Shown in pieces: positions 57,986 to 64,000 of a stretch of 64,000 nucleotides of DNA. Every line of letters begins with the position of its first letter. The first letter of the stretch is position 1. The DNA comes from a virus (Duplodnaviria > Heunggongvirae > Uroviricota > Caudoviricetes), in IMG/VR virus record IMGVR_UViG_3300025693_000001; one strand, 5' to 3'. The notes under the pieces are model-generated. The model was given only the letters and a program-made list of their open reading frames with translations, was not told where the DNA came from and did not search any database. The position numbers were made by a program, and so were the translations under genes.

Positions 57986-58320
57986 TCAGTCACACTTATT
58001 TTACGGTTACAAAATTTACACGAAACAACGTTATCATCGTCACCCATGGTCAAATATTCGAATGGGTGGACACACTCGCGCACCATCGTTTTTCTCAAAT
58101 CGCTTATATCATCCATGATTGGTGTTTTCTTTGTTCTGATGATTTCAAGAATTTCAAGCTCTACGGGTTCGAGTAATGTCATCAACTTGACGAGATTATC
58201 CATCTTTCTGTTCCAGGATGTCTTCTCGCTTCGATTTGCTACATTAGCCATATGCTCCAAAATTCTACGAATCTCAGTTTCACGCTCTGTTTCGTTCTCG
58301 GGTTTTTTTTGTCTTGCCAT
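57970..58320 (-). CDS. hypothetical protein with C-terminal CxH..CxxC
   Basis: AGGAG RBS; coiled-coil-like N-terminus. Confidence 0.7.
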   Translation of the reverse strand: MARQKKPENETERETEIRRILEHMANVANRSEKTSWNRKMDNLVKLMTLLEPVELEILEIIRTKKTPIMDDISDLRKTMVRECVHPFEYLTMGDDDNVVSCKFCNRKISVTEWTTK

Positions 58321-58331
58321 GTTAGTGCTCC

Positions 58332-59276
58332 TTAAATCATTGATAATCGTATGAATAGTGCAGCTGCATTGATCTCTGGCGCTGCGACTAGTTCGTGTTT
58401 ATATGCATGCTCAGCTATTGCCAACATACCCTGTTCCCAATTGCCACCATTTTCGTCGAATTGTTTGGCTTTGTGTAAGTTCTCATATAAGAATTTGTAT
58501 AAATCGTACCACTCTTCCCCAACGACGGAAGCACACACCGTATTTCGTGCTGCTACCCAATTACCCTTTTCCATCATACCCAACAGAGAGAATTTATAAT
58601 CAGAAGATTCTTCTGCCGCAGATGATGGGGACAGTAACTCACCGTCGATAACGTTTTGTTGTAGTAAGTTGATTATCTTGCGAACGTCAGGATACCCAAC
58701 TGTCACGTAGGCGTCAAGGTCATCCAAATCAAACGCAACACCTTCTTTCACCAAAATGGTTGCGGCTAATTCGGTGATGTCGTCTACATTCGGTGCTTTG
58801 AACCGTAGGTGTTGTAACCTGGATTTGAGAGGATTTATTAGTTTGTTTTCGTAATTGCACGTCAATATAAAGCGAACATTATCGGAGTTATTTTCCAATA
58901 TGTGGCGTAGTATGGCTTGACCGGCTTGTGATATATAATCTGCTTCATCCAGGATGACTATTTTGAAGTCTCCCAACGCGAATGTGGAAACGAAGCTTTT
59001 TAATTTATCACGCATGACGTCAACGGAATTTTCATCCGATGCATTCAGAATCATGACGTCCATATCGGACACACCCAATTCTGAGCACAATAATTTTGCT
59101 AATGTTGTTTTACCGGAACCTTGGATTCCTGATAATAACAAATGAGGAATGATACCATCTTTTATCATACGAGATATCGTTTTGCGATGAGTCTCGTCAT
59201 GAAAGATGTATTGATCTATAGAGGTTGGGCGATATTTCTCGCACCAAATGGTTGGGTTAATGTTCATAATATCCAT
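58332..59276 (-). CDS. clamp loader large subunit (T4 gp44/RFC-like AAA+)
   Basis: W.EKYRP, G.QGSGKTT, NASDE, ILDEAD, F.LTCN, L.SR. Confidence 0.93.
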   Translation of the reverse strand: MDIMNINPTIWCEKYRPTSIDQYIFHDETHRKTISRMIKDGIIPHLLLSGIQGSGKTTLAKLLCSELGVSDMDVMILNASDENSVDVMRDKLKSFVSTFALGDFKIVILDEADYISQAGQAILRHILENNSDNVRFILTCNYENKLINPLKSRLQHLRFKAPNVDDITELAATILVKEGVAFDLDDLDAYVTVGYPDVRKIINLLQQNVIDGELLSPSSAAEESSDYKFSLLGMMEKGNWVAARNTVCASVVGEEWYDLYKFLYENLHKAKQFDENGGNWEQGMLAIAEHAYKHELVAAPEINAAALFIRLSMI

Positions 59277-59330
59277 ACGTTAAAAAAGTGATATGGATAT
59301 TATACACTAGGTATTTAGCTCACACAACAA

Positions 59331-59648
59331 CTAACTGTCATATGCTAACACGCACGAGTCGTCGGTACGCCAAATAGTCTCACCATCGAATGGGATTCCA
59401 TTTGTCCATTTTAAATTGTCGATTAAGATGCGCATGCCTTTGCGGATTATTGGATCAGTATCAGGTCCGGTTTCAACCACAACACCCCACCTAGGGCGTG
59501 ATGCACTTTCGTCGAAATTCTTAAACTCGAATCCCCAATCTGTCTGCTCTTGGAATGCAGTAGAGGATGTTCCAGCCTCTTGCACCTTAACGGACGATTG
59601 CTCAAATTGAAAAATGATATGATTGTGTATTGCGTTGATATTTTTCAT
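59331..59648 (-). CDS. groES: co-chaperonin GroES-like (gp31-type)
   Basis: RPRWG.VV.TGP, WT.G......W..D....L. Confidence 0.7.
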   Translation of the reverse strand: MKNINAIHNHIIFQFEQSSVKVQEAGTSSTAFQEQTDWGFEFKNFDESASRPRWGVVVETGPDTDPIIRKGMRILIDNLKWTNGIPFDGETIWRTDDSCVLAYDS

Positions 59649-59653
59649 TCTAA

Positions 59654-59947
59654 TTACTTCTTGGTTGATCTAGCTTTTTGTTTTGTGGTTGCTTTAGGGT
59701 CAGATATCGTGGCTTTTGATATCACAACATCTTCTTTATCTGCATCTGCTACACTCGGTACGTCTTTATCAACAACAATGGGAGCCACAACCGCTACGGC
59801 TTTTTTAGTACGACGACGCAATCGATTCTCGATAAAGTCCTTTCGTCTGGTAACATCTGTTGATGGTGGTGCGGATGCAATTTGTTGTTTGATTTTAAGT
59901 AAATCGAAATCTACTATCTCTCCTCGGGCGCTTCTACCTTGGGTCAT
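59654..59947 (-). CDS. conserved hypothetical protein
   Basis: RSARG..VDFD N-terminus; GAGG RBS; CATAAATA at 60109-60102. Confidence 0.7.
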   Translation of the reverse strand: MTQGRSARGEIVDFDLLKIKQQIASAPPSTDVTRRKDFIENRLRRRTKKAVAVVAPIVVDKDVPSVADADKEDVVISKATISDPKATTKQKARSTKK

Positions 59948-59967
59948 GTGTTAATCCTCTTAGTTGG

Positions 59968-60516
59968 TTAGTGTAGGAAGTCGGATATCGGTAGCTGGTA
60001 CGAAAAACTATCCACGTCGTGTACTCCGATCAAGTACAACACGTACGATGATACGCTACTACCTCTACCAACTCCCCACACTACGTTATTGGTTTGAAGG
60101 GTATTTATGATATAAATTAGGACCGTTAAAATGTCTAAAAGTCCCAACTCTTCATACAACACCAATTCCTCCGCAACCCTGGTTAACCGATCTCTTCGAT
60201 CATCACCAGTAATGTTACGGTCAGCTATTTTAAGTATGTGTTCAATCGGATCCAGTTGTTTAAACTCAGCAGGTATTATCCACTCGATTGGAGCAATATC
60301 AACCGAATGCTTAACAGTAATCTTTGCATCACCTTTAACGAACGCATTATATTGTTTTATGTCGTTTGATATTTCATCGACGAATAATCCGGATACAGAA
60401 ACACCCGAAGCGATCATGTGCAACAGTTCACTCTCTGGTATAGTGGAGTCACCATCATACCAGAGAGTTCTGTCATTTAGTTCCGTGTTAATTGAAGTTG
60501 CTTTGGTAGTTTCCAT
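59968..60516 (-). CDS. dnaE: DNA polymerase III alpha-like fragment (part 1)
   Basis: R..EEL......WGVGRGSSVSSYVLYLIGVH.VD...Y.L...FL. Confidence 0.82.
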   Translation of the reverse strand: METTKATSINTELNDRTLWYDGDSTIPESELLHMIASGVSVSGLFVDEISNDIKQYNAFVKGDAKITVKHSVDIAPIEWIIPAEFKQLDPIEHILKIADRNITGDDRRDRLTRVAEELVLYEELGLLDILTVLIYIINTLQTNNVVWGVGRGSSVSSYVLYLIGVHDVDSFSYQLPISDFLH

Positions 60517-60871
60517 CTGCGGTATCTATGTTGGGTGTTACACTCTTCCCACCTGGGGTCGTTGTCATCATAGCTGTCGCTTCCGGTGACATGGTTACTT
60601 GTCCCGATGGAACCCCACCCATTACTGGAGGCGGTACCATTCCTGGTGGGAGTGGTTGTTCGTTTGTGTGAGGTGCTTGCATCATTGGTGCCGCTACCTG
60701 GATTGGTTGAGGGTGCTCTACTGGTTTTGGTATCGTAATGTTATCTATTTTTGCTCGGATCAAAGCCCATTGAGCAGCGGATGGTGTCCACCCTTTCACT
60801 TGCAATTCTTCTACGCCTTCTAACCATGCTCTAAATTCGTTAAGTGTTACTCTTTTTCGTTTCGCTGCCAT
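60488..60871 (-). CDS. hypothetical Pro-rich protein
   Basis: EFRAWLEGV N-terminal domain. Confidence 0.7.
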   Translation of the reverse strand: MAAKRKRVTLNEFRAWLEGVEELQVKGWTPSAAQWALIRAKIDNITIPKPVEHPQPIQVAAPMMQAPHTNEQPLPPGMVPPPVMGGVPSGQVTMSPEATAMMTTTPGGKSVTPNIDTADGNYQSNFN

Positions 60872-61235
60872 TTGTACTTCCTGTAAATGTTGTATTTGGT
60901 ATTATGTTACCCATAGTCGTTGTCGAATCGCACCACACCGGCGGGATTCCTGGATACTGCTCCCGATCGGGTACCTGCCACGGTGTCCGTGGAGATGTTG
61001 GTTGATAAGGTGTTGGTTCCATAGGTCTTGGTATTGGATGGGGTGGTATTGGTGGAAATGTTGGGTCAGAATTCACACGCAGAGTCATCCCAACAACTGC
61101 ATCGGTTATGTCAGATGTCATTGGGTTGTCACCCAACACCATGAGCACTCCAGCCAACCAAGCTCTAAACTCAGCCGGTGTTATGCGTGATTGGTCGTTA
61201 AATGTGGCCACAGTCTGTTCAATGTTATCACTCAT
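60840..61235 (-). CDS. hypothetical Pro-rich protein, paralog of 60488
   Basis: EFRAWLAGV N-terminal domain. Confidence 0.7.
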   Translation of the reverse strand: MSDNIEQTVATFNDQSRITPAEFRAWLAGVLMVLGDNPMTSDITDAVVGMTLRVNSDPTFPPIPPHPIPRPMEPTPYQPTSPRTPWQVPDREQYPGIPPVWCDSTTTMGNIIPNTTFTGSTNGSETKKSNT

Positions 61236-61717
61236 ATGATATCCCCAGCGACTTTGTTCTTTAAGTATTTGTTATACGAATCGGATGGTGCTACATTAAT
61301 CCACAATTCTGGTGAAATCGGATGACACAACATTTGATGTTTGTTCAATGAAGGTCCAACATTGACAAAATTTGGATGATAGTTTGTAACCGTGATAACT
61401 TCGGTTTCTATTCGTTTCTGTTCCGGTCCATACACCAATGCTACAAATTCTTTGCCAGCTAATTCGGATACTTCAACTACATCGATTTGCATTGTTTCCG
61501 TATCAACAACCAATATGTTCCAATTGGTTGGTAAAATAAAAGAAAACCCAGCGATGAGCAATTCTATGGACGGGGATATCACCTCTTCCAATACCAGAAG
61601 TGGAGCTAACGTGTAGTCCATCATTGTTAAATCTAACACCCACACATGCTCAGTATCAGTGGGTGTGTATATGCTCTCCAGCACCACAGCTTCGTTATCG
61701 TTATCGAACACTAACAT
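61232..61717 (-). CDS. conserved beta-rich hypothetical protein
   Basis: AAGGA RBS; follows uvsW. Confidence 0.75.
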   Translation of the reverse strand: MLVFDNDNEAVVLESIYTPTDTEHVWVLDLTMMDYTLAPLLVLEEVISPSIELLIAGFSFILPTNWNILVVDTETMQIDVVEVSELAGKEFVALVYGPEQKRIETEVITVTNYHPNFVNVGPSLNKHQMLCHPISPELWINVAPSDSYNKYLKNKVAGDII

Positions 61718-61764
61718 ATTATTCCTTTATTTTTGATATTATAACATGTAGTATACCACAATTA

Positions 61765-63264
61765 TTATTTGTACTCAACAGTTCTTTTCGTGTATGGGTA
61801 TTTTGCTTCTTTGTAATATCGAATACGGTCTTGCATGTGCCGTTTTGAGTGGTACGCATCACTACATATATCCGTGATGTGTACCGAGTCTTTATCGGAC
61901 GCTTTTCGCAGACCTCGCCCTATTCCCTGTATCGTTGTGATGAATGATTTACCGATGTCCACTAACATCATATTGAAGATGCGCTTTATGTTTAGTCCAG
62001 TACTAGCAATTTTTGCGTTTGCGATAACGATCATATTATCATTTGTTTTAAACAAATCATATATTTCCTTACGTTCATCCACCGGATCCTGTCCATACAA
62101 ATATACCGCATTTGGTATCAGCTTAGCCAACCGTTTACCAAAAGCGACACCAACAGTCAAACAGAACACGTTACCGTGTGCACTCTTGAGTGTTATGTAA
62201 TCAGCTATCCACTCCAATCGCTCTTTCTCATTCTGGAAGAAGTGTTTTTCGGCTGGCCAGTCCGGAAAGTATGAGTTCTTGAATTTGATATAGGTCAATG
62301 CTTTTTCTGGAATGTTAGCTCGCTTGTGATCCGCAAGATATTCTTCATACACATCTTTTAAGTTGATGGACAATTGCATGACATCAATATGCAATTTAGC
62401 CAAGAATCCCTCGTCAATCAATTTGTGAGCAGGAATTTCACACAACACATCCCCCAACGCAATACGAACAGCCATCAATTCCGCTGGTTCTTTTGGTAAT
62501 GTACCCGTCACACCAAACCGGAATGGGATTCCAACACCATGTTTATTCAACAGTTCGGATATCACAGTACCTCTAGCACCATGACACTCATCAACAATGA
62601 TAACATCAAAGTCTCGAACCACCATTGGGTTGTGTTGCAATGCTTGCCACGTGGATACTATGTGTGTGTGATTTGTATCTTTTGTTGTTCCACTGTATTC
62701 ACCAACATCCAACCCAAAAAATTCGTAATCATCGAAAGTTTGTCTTGTTAGTGTTTTGTCTGGTACTATGATGATAGATCGTAGTCCGTTTGATAGTTCA
62801 TACGCTTGGGCTAATGCAGCAGTCATGCTAGTTTTACCAGCTCCTGTCCCTGCAACACCAACTCCACATCCAGCAGCGATAAGTGTGTTTACTAGCTCAA
62901 CTTGATAGTCTCGAAACTCCCACGGTTCGCCCGTATCCGGATTGGTGATGTGACTAAAGAAGTCTTTATCAATCGGGTCTACTGTAATGTCCAATGCTGG
63001 TGGGCGTTTATCATCCACATCGATTTTGTATTTTAGTCCAACTACTCTGGGAATTATGTCTGGTAGTAGGTTCACAAACGTAGCTCCAGTCTTTCTGAAG
63101 TACCGAAGCTTTCCATCCCATGAACCCAACTTGAACTTGGGGTTGAATCTGTACCCTGGTGCAAATTCTGAATATTCTTCGTACAAATAATCCATGTGGT
63201 TTGGTTGCAATCCTGTGAGTACACAGTTTGCATTATCTAATATTGTCAGTTTACAAGTTGCCAT
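61765..63264 (-). CDS. uvsW: UvsW-like DNA helicase
   Basis: WDGK..F, RDYQ, TGAGKT, STWQ, VDECH, GVTGT, TG.NI..I, Q.IGRGLR. Confidence 0.92.
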   Translation of the reverse strand: MATCKLTILDNANCVLTGLQPNHMDYLYEEYSEFAPGYRFNPKFKLGSWDGKLRYFRKTGATFVNLLPDIIPRVVGLKYKIDVDDKRPPALDITVDPIDKDFFSHITNPDTGEPWEFRDYQVELVNTLIAAGCGVGVAGTGAGKTSMTAALAQAYELSNGLRSIIIVPDKTLTRQTFDDYEFFGLDVGEYSGTTKDTNHTHIVSTWQALQHNPMVVRDFDVIIVDECHGARGTVISELLNKHGVGIPFRFGVTGTLPKEPAELMAVRIALGDVLCEIPAHKLIDEGFLAKLHIDVMQLSINLKDVYEEYLADHKRANIPEKALTYIKFKNSYFPDWPAEKHFFQNEKERLEWIADYITLKSAHGNVFCLTVGVAFGKRLAKLIPNAVYLYGQDPVDERKEIYDLFKTNDNMIVIANAKIASTGLNIKRIFNMMLVDIGKSFITTIQGIGRGLRKASDKDSVHITDICSDAYHSKRHMQDRIRYYKEAKYPYTKRTVEYK

Positions 63265-63723
63265 TTAATACGCTACGTCTTCTATTGATGCAATGGCCAA
63301 CTTTGTTAAGTTGTTAATGGCATATCCCCTACTCTGGAATGCCGAACCAATTGCTTGGAATTTCTCATACATTTCTTTTACCGCCAAAGCTTTCTCTTGC
63401 ATATCCAAGAATGCAGGTTCTCCGTCGATGTATATCTTCTTACCAGCTTCGGTCAGGTCTCTATCGTGTGTTTGTGTATAACTAACATACAGCTTACTAC
63501 GGGTAGAGGCAACTAACATATCCATATGTTTTGATAGTGCGTGTAGTTCTGATTTCTTCTCATCATAATACAACTGCCATCCGGCATTTTTTACGTTAGC
63601 TTGTCCCAACATGCTTGGGTTTATCTCCAAGTGTTTTTTTGCACCTTGCACATCACCTTCGTATTCAGACAACACAGCCGGCAATATATCCAAATTTTTA
63701 CTCACTTGTCCTATGATGCTCAA
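63265..63723 (-). CDS. uvsY: UvsY-like recombination mediator
   Basis: helical; Y.......L......YIDGE and RGYAINN..KL; adjacent to uvsW. Confidence 0.75.
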   Translation of the reverse strand: MSIIGQVSKNLDILPAVLSEYEGDVQGAKKHLEINPSMLGQANVKNAGWQLYYDEKKSELHALSKHMDMLVASTRSKLYVSYTQTHDRDLTEAGKKIYIDGEPAFLDMQEKALAVKEMYEKFQAIGSAFQSRGYAINNLTKLAIASIEDVAY

Positions 63724-63989
63724 TGCGCCCGTCCTTGTGGCTCAGGAAGAGCTTCCAACAGTTCGCGTTGATCGTCAGATAGGACGGATAGGTCAAAATC
63801 TGAAAGCACACCTGCTTGTTCCTCAGCAGCTATACGTTCTTCACTCTCATTGAGATTAACCAGATATGTGTATACAACATCGGATGATTCTGATATAGCA
63901 ATGTCCATTGGAACTCCTATTCGGATCATTTGGTGGAAGTATTCGTGGTTATCTTCCGTGATATCCATCATTTCATCATCAACCATCAA
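63720..63989 (-). CDS. acidic hypothetical protein
   Basis: ATGA overlap with uvsY; start near the window edge. Confidence 0.6.
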   Translation of the reverse strand: MMVDDEMMDITEDNHEYFHQMIRIGVPMDIAISESSDVVYTYLVNLNESEERIAAEEQAGVLSDFDLSVLSDDQRELLEALPEPQGRAH

Positions 63990-64000
63990 TTGCGTACCTG

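Noticed and set aside
61232-61717. Possible Hint-like fold
   Set aside because: Only a vague beta-rich pattern is present, with no N-terminal Cys/Ser or terminal His-Asn; cannot be supported without a structure search
1-64000. Stop-codon reassignment, tRNA/rRNA genes, inteins
   Set aside because: Conserved genes are intact and densely packed in the standard code; I saw no cloverleaf/T-loop pattern in the short intergenic gaps; helicases and clamp loader have normal lengths. A tRNAscan-SE/Infernal run would be needed to fully exclude RNAs

Overview
This window is part of a lytic jumbo bacteriophage genome. It has a T4-superfamily-like replication block (uvsY, uvsW, clamp-loader subunits, groES, rIIA/rIIB) and a DNA polymerase III alpha-like gene split into two pieces about 25 kb apart. 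Close resemblance of sspB and prs to their enterobacterial counterparts suggests a gamma/beta-proteobacterial host. Most genes are on the minus strand. Layout: (1) 1-1.9 kb is a compositionally distinct left end followed by a structured non-coding junction. (2) 1.9-20 kb holds accessory and host-takeover genes: a YD-repeat pair, sspB, prs, a DUF932-like gene, an SF2 helicase, rIIA/B and HNH endonucleases. (3) 20.7-31 kb is a 7-deazaguanine DNA-modification and purine cluster (queD, queE, folE2, a DpdL-like T-fold protein, a TGT/DpdA-like protein, purN-like, PRTase, Nudix, kinase), with no queC or queF in the window. (4) 35.4-56.8 kb holds tail/baseplate fibre genes that enclose the most striking element: an 11.6 kb operon with late-type promoter boxes. 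It encodes seven radical SAM proteins, three unknown accessory proteins and a Ser/Thr-rich 194-aa protein ending in YCHSSCHSVCHSARGRR. This looks like a RiPP-type post-translational modification system, possibly acting on a virion protein. (5) 56.8-64 kb is the replication/recombination core. Two promoter classes are visible: sigma70-like (G)TTGAC-N16-18-TATAAT and T4-late-like (C/T)ATAAATA. No tRNA, rRNA or CRISPR array was seen. All family assignments come from motif recognition by eye, not from database searches.
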